Below the pieces are notes generated by a model, which was given only the letters and a program-made list of their open reading frames with translations, was not told the origin of the DNA and ran no database searches. Below, one piece after another: positions 8,155 to 17,088 of a stretch of 33,555 nt of DNA. This DNA comes from Nitrososphaerota archaeon. GTDB taxonomy: Archaea > Thermoproteota > EX4484-205 > JAAOZP01. The stretch spans positions 1-33,555 of the forward strand of contig JAAOZP010000018.1 in NCBI GenBank assembly GCA_011605725.1. Reading direction: 5' to 3'. The position numbers and the translations under genes were made by a program. Numbering within the stretch: position 1 is the first letter of the stretch; each line of letters opens with the position of its first letter.

Positions 8155-9954
8155 ATGAAGGGTGGCTATGCAGGCAGGGTTCTAAGCTTCGACCTCTCCT
8201 CAAACAAGCCTAGGGTTGAGAATCTTGATGAGAAAGAGGCTTTCCTCCTACTTGGTGGAAAAGGTCTTGGAGCCCTCCATCTCTACAGGAGCCTAAGGGG
8301 CAAGGAGGATCCGTTTTCTCCTGAAAACCCAATCATAGTTTCGACCGGCCCGTTGACTGGAACAATTGCTCCAACAGGCACTAAGTTCAGCGTCGTGACT
8401 AAAAGCCCTCAGACCGGTGTTTTTCTAGATTCAAACTGCGGCGGAATGTTCGGGGTGCAGCTTAAGAGAGCCGGCTACGACATGCTTATCGTCAAAGGAG
8501 CCGCTGAAGAGCCTTCTATGCTAATAGTTGATGAAAATGGTGCTGAGCTTAGGCCTTGCAAACAATGGGGTAGGACTACGTTTGAAACCATCAGGGAGCT
8601 TAAGAAAGAGTTTCCAGACTACAGCTTTCTTATAGTTGGGCCAGCTGGTGAAAGGCTTGCTCCAATAGCGGGGCTGTTGACGGATGACGCGAGGTCCGCT
8701 GGCCGCGGAGGCTCCGGGGCAGTAATGGGCTCTAAAAGGCTGAAGGCAATCGTGGCAGGTGGCGGGAGACCAATAGAGGTTTATGATGTCGAAGGGATGA
8801 AAAGGGCCGCCTGGGTTGTTAGAAGGATGCTTAGGCTGCACGAGGTTACTGCGAGAAGCCTTCCTAGACATGGGACGGTGAACATAATAGAGGCTGTTAA
8901 CGAGATGGGTGCTCTTCCCACGAGAAACTTTCAGAAAGGAAGGTTTGAAGATGCAAGCGAGCTTTCAGGCGAAAAATGGAGGTCAAGCCTTTGGAAGACC
9001 GATAAGGGCTGCTATGGCTGCACTATAAGATGTGGAAAAATCGCTGTCTTGAACGACACGTGGGTAGACGGACCGGACTACGAGACCATATGGGCATTCG
9101 GCCCCAATTGTGGAGTCAAGGATGCTAGGGCGATAGCCATGGCTAACTATTTTTGCGACGCCTACGGCTTAGACACGATAAGCACGGGCGTAACCATAAG
9201 CTTCCTAATGGAACTCTATGAGAAAGGGTTCATCCAGGACCTGGACGGGTTAAAGCCTACTTGGGGGGACGACGAGGTCTTTCTCAGACTCGTGGAGAAG
9301 GCTTGCAAGGGCGAGGGTTGTGGAAGAATGATTGAGCAGGGTGTAGCTAGGGTAAGTAGAAAGTTCCCTGGCAGCGAGAGCTTCGCGATGCATGTTAAGG
9401 GGCTGGAGATGCCTGCTTACGAGCCTAGGGCTGCTAAAGGAATGGGTCTTGGCTACGCAACTAGTGACCGGGGAGCATGCCATCTTAGAGGATACACTGC
9501 TGGTCAGGAGCTGCTTGGATATGGTGGAGGTGTAGACCCGTACACTGTCGAGGGCAAGGCTAAGCTAGTAATGGATAGGCAGGATGAGAAGGCTGTGATA
9601 GACTCTTCAGGCCTATGCTTCTTCGCGTTCTACGCTATAACGCTTAAAGAGCTTCACCGCATGGTTGTTGCCTGCACTGGACAGCCATATAAAGACTGGT
9701 ATGAATTCATGAGGATAGGGGAAAGAATCTATAATCTGACGAGGCTTTTCAACGTGAGAGAAGGATTGACGAGGAAGGATGACACTCTGCCCGGCAGATT
9801 CTTAAACGAGCCCATGGCGGAAGGACCTGCGAAGGGGCAGGTGGTTGAGCTTGAACAAATGCTCTCCGAATACTATAGGCTTAGAGGCTGGAACGAGAAT
9901 GGTGAACCTATGAAGGAGACTATTGAAAGACTGGAGTTAAGCGAGCTACTGTGA
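8155..9954 (+). CDS. aor: Aldehyde:ferredoxin oxidoreductase (AOR family), copy 2
   Basis: ATG 8155 is 1 nt after the upstream stop, with AGGTG RBS at 8144-8148. Motifs KSPQTG, AGRGGSGAVMGSKRLK, CYGCTIRC, DGPDYET, GLDTIS, RGACH, EYYRLRGWN. Confidence 0.95.
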   Translation: MKGGYAGRVLSFDLSSNKPRVENLDEKEAFLLLGGKGLGALHLYRSLRGKEDPFSPENPIIVSTGPLTGTIAPTGTKFSVVTKSPQTGVFLDSNCGGMFGVQLKRAGYDMLIVKGAAEEPSMLIVDENGAELRPCKQWGRTTFETIRELKKEFPDYSFLIVGPAGERLAPIAGLLTDDARSAGRGGSGAVMGSKRLKAIVAGGGRPIEVYDVEGMKRAAWVVRRMLRLHEVTARSLPRHGTVNIIEAVNEMGALPTRNFQKGRFEDASELSGEKWRSSLWKTDKGCYGCTIRCGKIAVLNDTWVDGPDYETIWAFGPNCGVKDARAIAMANYFCDAYGLDTISTGVTISFLMELYEKGFIQDLDGLKPTWGDDEVFLRLVEKACKGEGCGRMIEQGVARVSRKFPGSESFAMHVKGLEMPAYEPRAAKGMGLGYATSDRGACHLRGYTAGQELLGYGGGVDPYTVEGKAKLVMDRQDEKAVIDSSGLCFFAFYAITLKELHRMVVACTGQPYKDWYEFMRIGERIYNLTRLFNVREGLTRKDDTLPGRFLNEPMAEGPAKGQVVELEQMLSEYYRLRGWNENGEPMKETIERLELSELL

Positions 9955-9987
9955 AAGTAAGACTCGTATTTGCTGGGAATGTTTAGC

Positions 9988-10005
9988 TTTTTTTAGCGCG
10001 CGCTA
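9988..10005 (+). terminator. T-tract (possible archaeal terminator) abutting palindrome TAGCGCGCGCTA
   Basis: Run of 7 T ~35 nt after the aor2 stop, in a convergent gap. Confidence 0.35.
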
Positions 10006-10037
10006 TACTGTTTAGAACTGTATTTCCTAATGATCCA

Positions 10038-11012
10038 CTAATCAAGTTTTTTAACAGCTTTAATCATTGTCTTAACGTTTTCTATCGGAGTTTTCGGATG
10101 TAGGGCGCAGGCAGGAGCCACTATTCTAATACCGTAGTTTAAGCATGAGAGCGAGGCTTCAGCAATACTCTTCCCGCTGCTTTCCAGGAGTAGAAACGTG
10201 CTTACCCCTCCGGCTAACGTTACGCCGCGAGCCAGGTCTACTGCAACACCTAGGTTGGTTTTAGGATCTATGTGGAAGACTTTAACGCCTGTCCTAGGTA
10301 TGTCGCTCAGGATCTTTAAAGTGTTTCCACAGATGTGAAGTATGCATGGAGCGTCCACCATGGATGTTAAACGTCTAAGAGGATCTACTTCAACCATTCT
10401 GAAGATTGTTGGGTTAAGCACGTCGGGTGATGAAGCCATGTCCTCGATCACAATAGCATCCGCGCCGGCTGAAACCATTTCTTCAGCGTAATTCGCTAAT
10501 GATACTGAAAGCCTGTCAGCGTAATTCCTTACGACACTCGGGTTCCTCCTGACCAGTAACATTGTTTTAGCGGGGCCAAGTAGATAGTTGATAAGGGTGA
10601 AAGGTCCTGCCACACCACCAAGTATAGGAAAATCCTGTCCCACTGCCTTCCTCAAATCTCTTATGGCGTCCAAAACCATCATTGTTCTGCCTTTCCCTAA
10701 AAAGTCGGGTTCGCCTATTCCCTCCACCAGCCTTCTCGGCTTCGGATAATAGCCTTCGAAATCGAGTTCAACGCCGAGAGCCTCGGCTTCAACACACTGG
10801 TCGAAAGGAACTCGAACTGTCTCAAAGCCTATTGCTGATTTAGCAGCTAGAGCTGCTTTAACCATGTGCTCCCGGCTTCTATGGGCTGAGGACCATGTGA
10901 ATCCGCACAGGCCGAGTAATTCTTCTGTCAAAGGGCTTGTTATCGCTGCCACTATGGGTTTCTCCGTGTCTTCACCTTGCGCGAGAGAGAGGAAGATGCT
11001 CCTCAGGTTCAA
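10038..11012 (-). CDS. MtaA/CmuA-family methylcobamide methyltransferase (MT2-like)
   Basis: VRVPFDQCVEAEALG, GPFTL, Zn-ligand HICG and C-terminal APAC (His-x-Cys...Cys), TPIENV. Confidence 0.85.
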   Translation of the reverse strand: MNLRSIFLSLAQGEDTEKPIVAAITSPLTEELLGLCGFTWSSAHRSREHMVKAALAAKSAIGFETVRVPFDQCVEAEALGVELDFEGYYPKPRRLVEGIGEPDFLGKGRTMMVLDAIRDLRKAVGQDFPILGGVAGPFTLINYLLGPAKTMLLVRRNPSVVRNYADRLSVSLANYAEEMVSAGADAIVIEDMASSPDVLNPTIFRMVEVDPLRRLTSMVDAPCILHICGNTLKILSDIPRTGVKVFHIDPKTNLGVAVDLARGVTLAGGVSTFLLLESSGKSIAEASLSCLNYGIRIVAPACALHPKTPIENVKTMIKAVKKLD

Positions 11013-11029
11013 AGCTGTCGAAGTAAGCC

Positions 11030-11785
11030 AGTTGGCTCAGCTATTATTCTTTTATGATGGTTTTCATGGGGCTACAGGTTGCAACATCCTTCGTCTCCTC
11101 CAGGGTTGCAGAGTTTCTTACTCCTCTCCCAGTTTCAAGCAGGGATGTATCCAAAATCCTCCTCGCGTGCTTCGTAAGGATTTTCGACATCCCGTTGATA
11201 GCGGCGCTCTTAATCGTCCCCTTAGCCTACGGGGTTTCATACTGCTCTATCCCGGGTTCTTTAACAGTTCTTCTGGGCGTTGTGATTACAGAGGTTTTCG
11301 CGTTGACAATAGCTGTTTTCCTAGCGCTCTCATTCTACTCTAAAGTGGTTAGGGGAGGCGGAGGGTCGGCGTGGAGGATGCTCATGAGGCTCTTCTACAT
11401 GTTGATCTGGGTTATCCCGATGTTTCTCATGTACATGGTTACGAGTTTCGCAATACAGATGGTTAGCCTGATGAAAGCCCTTACTCAAGCCTCTCATACC
11501 TGCTTATATTGCTGTATCCGTTTTCGCTCGGATTCCTTGCTTCACTAACCACTTTCCTCAACATCGATAACCCTAGGATAGTAGCCTTATCAGTAGGCTC
11601 CTTCCTCATCTATTTAGCGTTAGCCGCCTATTCTTTTAAATGGCTTATCAGAGAGGTTGTTGGAATAGGCTTTGAAAGCCTCGCCGCAGCCACTAGGACA
11701 GAGGTCAAAGAGGTTTCCATAAATCCTGGACCACCATGGCTCGGAATCGTTAAAAAGGATCTTAGAATGGCTTCAGCGCGCGCGC
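11030..11785 (+). pseudogene. Fragment of an archaeal multi-pass membrane protein (ABC-exporter permease-like) with two frameshifts
   Basis: Hydrophobic reading switches frame near 11050 (LAQLLFF/MMVFMGLQ) and near 11487 (LTQ/SLSYLLILLYPFSLG). It ends at GIVKKDLRMAS in a (GC)5 tract. Confidence 0.6.
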
Positions 11786-11876
11786 TAAAACTGTGGATAG
11801 ATGTTGAAAAGCTTCCATTCCCATATCTGAACATTACCACTGAGCTGATCAATTTAGGCATGGGTTTAACTCCTAA

Positions 11877-12602
11877 GTCGCGTTTACAGGCCTCGTAATA
11901 AGCGAGTTGGGGGGAGGCTACTTTTTCGGACTTTGCTCACTCCTCTACTTCGCCTCGCTCACCATAGTTCACCTCGGCTTAAGGGTTAAAGGCCATGCTT
12001 CGAATACGAGGAAGAGGATCGGAGGCGGTTCCGCGAGCCCCATCTCCAGGCTGGGAACCCCTTTTCTAGCGTTTCTCTCCGGAAGCATGCTCTTCTTCAT
12101 GGCTGATTTCACGAAGAACGTGTATGTGCCGATGTTCTACGCGTTTGAGCTGGGGCTCGGCATGGTGACAGCCACGCTGTTGCTGAGTCTCGCCAGCTGG
12201 CTAGAAATACCGCTTAACGTGTTTTTCGGCCACCTTTCGGATAGGCTTGGGCGTAAGACAATAGTGCTGGTCGCCTACGTGTTGTGCGCAACATACATGT
12301 TTGCCAACTCCACGGCCAGTGGCTTTGAAGGGGCTCTGCTCGCCATGGTGCTCTACAGCTTCGTCTGGGGGGCTTTCTCCGGGGCTAGTTCAGCATTTGC
12401 CTCCGAGCTTGTCGACCAGGATAAAAAGGGTTTTGCCATGGGCCTGTTCAACTCTTCCCGGAACATAGCGAGCATGCTCACCCCGATGTCGATCGGCCTG
12501 CTTAGCCAGGCCTACGGGTATAGGTTGACTTTCAGCACTATGGGTGTTTTAATGCTTATAGCGTGCCTCATCATCGTCATCGGGATAAGAAGGAAAGCTT
12601 AA
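11877..12602 (+). pseudogene. N-terminally truncated MFS transporter
   Basis: Frame opens only after TAA at 11874. Contains the C-terminal-half MFS motif GHLSDRLGRK and KKGFAMGLFN; ~240 aa versus ~400 for a full MFS. Confidence 0.7.
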
Positions 12603-12607
12603 CAGCC

Positions 12608-13336
12608 TCAGCGTCCTTCCAGCTCTTCCAGCTTTCTCCTAACCAGTTCAACCAGATGGTCCACTATGATGTCTACAGCCTTTCTTCCAAGCTCCCGCGA
12701 GGCAACAGTTCTAAGGTCCTCCCGCCACTCCCACACCGGGTTTTCACGATAATAGTTGTATGGCGCATCAGGATAGTTATGCACCTTAATCCTCCCGGGT
12801 TTGAAGTCCTCAAGCACCGTGAGGTGGGGATACATGTACCAGAACATCGAGGTCTCCCACTTGCCAGCATGATCCGCAGGCGTTTCCCCGTCGACCTCAA
12901 CGCCCTCATACTCAGGCTGGACAGTCACATGAATATCCGGGTGACACCTGTTAAAATCATCCGCCACTCCCTTTAGGCAGTCGACTTGACAGGGACCGTA
13001 GTGACCGGTTACGACGAGTATAAGCTTCGCCCCAACCTTCCTCAGCTGCTCAAAGAGCTCCCAGAAGAGCATTCGAATCAAACCGTCGCTGAACGTTAAG
13101 GTTCCTACGTATGTTGAAAAACCCGGTCTCCCCCAATAGTTAGGGGGGAGAACTATGCCGCCTCCAAGCTTCTCAGCGACCCGCAGACATATGCCGTAAG
13201 CTTTTAACGCGTCTTGTCCAAGGGGCAGATGGTCACCATGCCATTCGAGAAGACCCGTCGGAACTATGAAGACAGGCATTTTTTCAACAGCTTCTAGAAA
13301 TTCCCTAGGAGTCATCTCCTCATACCTAATCTTCAT
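12608..13336 (-). CDS. Creatininase-family amidohydrolase
   Basis: PTGLLEWHGDHLPLGQD, TGHYG, DHAGKWETS. Confidence 0.9.
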   Translation of the reverse strand: MKIRYEEMTPREFLEAVEKMPVFIVPTGLLEWHGDHLPLGQDALKAYGICLRVAEKLGGGIVLPPNYWGRPGFSTYVGTLTFSDGLIRMLFWELFEQLRKVGAKLILVVTGHYGPCQVDCLKGVADDFNRCHPDIHVTVQPEYEGVEVDGETPADHAGKWETSMFWYMYPHLTVLEDFKPGRIKVHNYPDAPYNYYRENPVWEWREDLRTVASRELGRKAVDIIVDHLVELVRRKLEELEGR

Positions 13337-13474
13337 AAGTGGATCCTTTTAGCATACTATACTTAAATTTTTAAGTCGGTTTGCAAATAATAGTTCCATT
13401 GCGACACGCAGCATGTACTTTACTGCCAATAGAGGTAACTTTAAATGAATCCTTTTAAGATTGCAGACTGAGAT

Positions 13475-14653
13475 TTGAAGGCGATGAGAGAACGGAAGGT
13501 GAAATGTGGAGTCGTGGGATGTGGCGTTGTTGCTAACGAGGCCTATTTCCCAGCCATAGTGGAAAAGGGTGAGCTTGTGGCAACGTGCGACAAGATTGAG
13601 GAAAGAGCTAGGAGAAGCATGGAGCTGTGGGGTGCTAAAGAGTACTATACGGATGTTGACGAGATGCTGAGAAAAGCCAATATCGAAGCTGTCTTCATAC
13701 TCTCAGGCATGGGTATGCATGCAGACCATGCAACGAGGGCAGCCAGGGCTGGGAAACACGTCTTGATTCAGAAGCCGTTGGCGACAACCATGAGGGATGC
13801 GAGGAAAGTTTTCAACGCGATTAAAAAGGCTGGTGTTAAGGCGCTTGTCGAGCCGAACGTGCAGATGAACCCTTTATACCTGAAGGCTAAAAGCATATTG
13901 GAGGAAGGAACCATAGGAGAGGTCTACTGGTTTAGAGCAGGACTGGGGAGAGGCCCACCCACTTGGGGCGAGGAAACCTTCTTCACTAGGCAGGCAGGAG
14001 GACCTCTTTTCGACCTTGGAGTATACCAAATAGCTGCACTAACCTTCCTTTTAGGCCCGGCTTCATCAGTGACTGGAATGGCGAAGATCTCGATACCGGA
14101 GAGGTTCATAGTTCCTGAAGAATTCTTTACGGAACACCTTTCCCAAAAGCCCTACGAGCCGTTCTGGAAGAAGCTTGCTACTGCAAAACCCACTAAACGG
14201 ATAAAAATGGAGGCGGAGGACAACACGTTCACGCTGTTAAGTATGAGGAGTGGAAGCCTCGGGTGTGTCATAGCCAACTTCGTTACTCCAGACGGTCTTA
14301 GGAATGGTGTTGGAAACATGCCTGATATAGAAATTTACGGTAGTGATGGCGCCCTATTCCTAGGCGGGTCGGCAGCGATATCCGTAATGACGAAGCGTAA
14401 GGATAGCAAGTATTATTCGCCGGAAGGCTGGTATTGTATTCCCAAGCAGGATTTCCCATCCTGGAACTACTATAGAGCGTCAACTGAACACTTTTTCAAC
14501 TGCATACTGAACGATGAGGAGCCTCTTCCAAGCCTAGAATGGGGTATGCATGTCAGTGAAATAATGATAAAGTCGATTCAGTCCTCGAGAACTGGAAACA
14601 GGCTGAGGGTTTTATCGAGTTTTAAGTGGAAGGGTGAAAGTGTTGAGTGTTAA
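13475..14653 (+). CDS. Gfo/Idh/MocA-family NAD(P)-dependent oxidoreductase
   Basis: GVVGCGVVA Rossmann motif, GKHVLIQKPLA, GGPLFDLGVY, EDN, IEIYGSDG; start may be ATG 13484. Confidence 0.92.
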   Translation: MKAMRERKVKCGVVGCGVVANEAYFPAIVEKGELVATCDKIEERARRSMELWGAKEYYTDVDEMLRKANIEAVFILSGMGMHADHATRAARAGKHVLIQKPLATTMRDARKVFNAIKKAGVKALVEPNVQMNPLYLKAKSILEEGTIGEVYWFRAGLGRGPPTWGEETFFTRQAGGPLFDLGVYQIAALTFLLGPASSVTGMAKISIPERFIVPEEFFTEHLSQKPYEPFWKKLATAKPTKRIKMEAEDNTFTLLSMRSGSLGCVIANFVTPDGLRNGVGNMPDIEIYGSDGALFLGGSAAISVMTKRKDSKYYSPEGWYCIPKQDFPSWNYYRASTEHFFNCILNDEEPLPSLEWGMHVSEIMIKSIQSSRTGNRLRVLSSFKWKGESVEC

Positions 14654-14669
14654 AGGCTGGGCAATCCGG

Positions 14670-15500
14670 CTAGTATTTTTCTAAGAATGCTTTGCCACGC
14701 CTAATGGATTCGACAACGTCAATACCGGTTTCATCCTCGATCGCGAACCATCCTGAATAGTTTATCGACTTTAACGCGTTTACGTAATCATCCCAGGGCA
14801 CTAGGCCTTCACCCACTGTTGCACGCTTCGTCACCGGGTTGTAATCCTTAGCATGAGTATGTACAATCCATGGGGCTAGGGTCCTCACACCCTCAACCAC
14901 ACCGTAGCGAAGCATGTTTGCAGGATCATAGTTAACCTTCAGTCCTTCGCTGCCAACTTCCTCCAGCAGACGCCTAAGGACCTCAGCCGGCTCCTGCCCT
15001 GTCTCTATGCAGAATGCGGCGCCAACCTGTTCAGCATGCTTAGCAAGAATCCTGCAGGAATTGAGCATCACTCTATACTTATTGCTCGACGCGTCCGAAG
15101 GGATTTCACCGGGATGGGTCGTAACCACTTTCGAACCCATGTCTGAAGCCAGCTCCAGAGCCCTCATGGTTTTCTCAATCCTCTTCTCAAGACCCCTCGG
15201 GTCTCCGAGAGCGGAGCCTGGCCATGGCATACCGGGGTCCATTGGTCCTGTGAGTTGAGCGCAGAACCCGGTTATCTCAAGCCCATATGACTCCACAAGC
15301 TCCAGAATCCTCCTCCTTTCAACGCCTACACACCTATCCGGGTCCAGGAAGCATGGTTCCGAAGACGAGTAGTCGACGCAAAAGAGTTGCACGCCTTTGA
15401 CGCCGATTCTACTTGCTGTTTCAAGAGCCGCTTTAAACTCTGGCTCGTTCCTAGTTAATCCCAACGACCATAATGCTACACCTATTTTCAGGCTTCCCAT
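14670..15500 (-). CDS. Sugar phosphate isomerase/epimerase (TIM barrel)
   Basis: IETGQE, VNYDPANM, HTHAKD, GEGLVPW, AIEDE. Confidence 0.88.
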   Translation of the reverse strand: MGSLKIGVALWSLGLTRNEPEFKAALETASRIGVKGVQLFCVDYSSSEPCFLDPDRCVGVERRRILELVESYGLEITGFCAQLTGPMDPGMPWPGSALGDPRGLEKRIEKTMRALELASDMGSKVVTTHPGEIPSDASSNKYRVMLNSCRILAKHAEQVGAAFCIETGQEPAEVLRRLLEEVGSEGLKVNYDPANMLRYGVVEGVRTLAPWIVHTHAKDYNPVTKRATVGEGLVPWDDYVNALKSINYSGWFAIEDETGIDVVESIRRGKAFLEKY

Positions 15501-15669
15501 TTTTAACCGTTTTTAGAGAGAAGTTAAAGAATATTAGTCTTTTCCTCGTGAACCGTCCCCTCTCTCCGTTCGGATGAAAAGTCCGGAGCCTTCTAATTCT
15601 TCTTCAAACAGTGTAAAGCATTTAAGGATGAGACTGGTTGAAATACTGAGACTGACGGGGGCCGTTGAG

Positions 15670-17088
15670 ATGGGTGAAAAAGAGCAGCTTTACCAGGAAA
15701 GGTTAAAACGCTATTTAACCGCTATGCGTAATGAAAAACCTGATCGCATCCCGATTCGCCCTTTCGTCGCCGAGTTTACTGCGAAGTATGCCGGCTATAC
15801 GTGTCAGGAGGTGACGCATGACTACAGGAAGGCTTTTGAAGCAGTGTTGAAATGCGCCAGGGATTTCGACTGGGATGCGATGGTCGCCAACATGGTATAC
15901 GTCTGGACAGGTTTAACACAGGCCTTGGGCTTGAAGTACTATGCTACACCCGGCGTAGACATTCCTCCCAACACGGCGTTCCAATATCTTGAGCCTCCTG
16001 AGGAGAAAGCTTTTATGAAGCCGGATGAGTATAACTTACTGATTGACGACCCGACGGCTTTCCTGTACAACGTCTGGCTGCCACGCGTCTCAAGCGAAGT
16101 AAGTGTGGAAGCATCAGGCTCCCAGTATAGAAGCAGGCTTGCGCTAGTAAAGGGAGCCATGGCGATGAGTGAATACTTTAACGCGTTTGGACACCAAGTG
16201 GAGAGAATGCGAAGGGAGGCTGGAACCGTATCCGCTATAGCAGGTATTCTCAAAGCCCCTCTCGATATTATTGCTGATAAGCTGCGCGGCTATGTCGGCT
16301 TAGCTAAGGATCTGCACCGGCAACCTGAAAAAGTGCTTGAAGCCTGTGAAGCACTTGCTCCACACTTGACAGAGGTCGCACGAATGACCGCCGACCCTGA
16401 GAAGAAAGTGCCAATAGGCTTCTGGATGCATCGCACCTCTATACCATTCATCAGCATGAACCATTTTAAAAACATTCACTGGCGCACTCTGAAGCCTATC
16501 ATAGAGGAGCTCTGGGCTCATGGATATCGAGTTCTTTTCTACGCTGAAGGAGACTGGACGCCGCACCTAGACAGTTTTGCTGAACTTCCCGAGGGCAGCA
16601 TAGTCTTCCACATAGATAGAAGCGACTTCTCTGAAACGCATAGGAAGCTGGGCCGTAGGTTCTGTTTAAGCGGAGGCCTGCCGAACTGGCTGCTTACCAT
16701 CGGGACGCCTGACGAGGTTTGCCGCTACTGTAAGAAGATCATTGACACCATTGCTTCAGACGGGGGATACATTATGGATGCGTCAGCAATTATTCAGAAC
16801 GATGCCAAGGTGGAAAACGTGAAGGCGATGACTGATTTTACACGCAACTATGGTAAGTATGAACGGGGCTCGGAGGGTTTGGAGCATTCTAGTCAGGAAA
16901 CAGTTGCTAATAGGCCGAAAGCCATTTTGAAAAAGCCGGGTGTGAAACCTGGTTCCTGCATTCCTTGGGATGAGAAACGTAGAGAGATTCTAGGGATCTC
17001 TGGGGATGAGGGTCTGTTAAAAAGGATCTGGGAGGAGATCGATTCACTCGGATACTTATTCATCTGGCAGGTGTTACTGTCTTTCTAA
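15670..17088 (+). CDS. URO-D/MetE-like superfamily protein, long type (possible corrinoid-dependent MT1-like methyltransferase)
   Basis: ERLKRYLTAMRNEKPDRIP, LRGYVGL, FYAEGDW, LSGGLP, GTPDEV, DGGYIMD, ENVKAM plus ~75 aa C-terminal extension. ATG 15670 is preferred over 15574. Confidence 0.78.
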   Translation: MGEKEQLYQERLKRYLTAMRNEKPDRIPIRPFVAEFTAKYAGYTCQEVTHDYRKAFEAVLKCARDFDWDAMVANMVYVWTGLTQALGLKYYATPGVDIPPNTAFQYLEPPEEKAFMKPDEYNLLIDDPTAFLYNVWLPRVSSEVSVEASGSQYRSRLALVKGAMAMSEYFNAFGHQVERMRREAGTVSAIAGILKAPLDIIADKLRGYVGLAKDLHRQPEKVLEACEALAPHLTEVARMTADPEKKVPIGFWMHRTSIPFISMNHFKNIHWRTLKPIIEELWAHGYRVLFYAEGDWTPHLDSFAELPEGSIVFHIDRSDFSETHRKLGRRFCLSGGLPNWLLTIGTPDEVCRYCKKIIDTIASDGGYIMDASAIIQNDAKVENVKAMTDFTRNYGKYERGSEGLEHSSQETVANRPKAILKKPGVKPGSCIPWDEKRREILGISGDEGLLKRIWEEIDSLGYLFIWQVLLSF

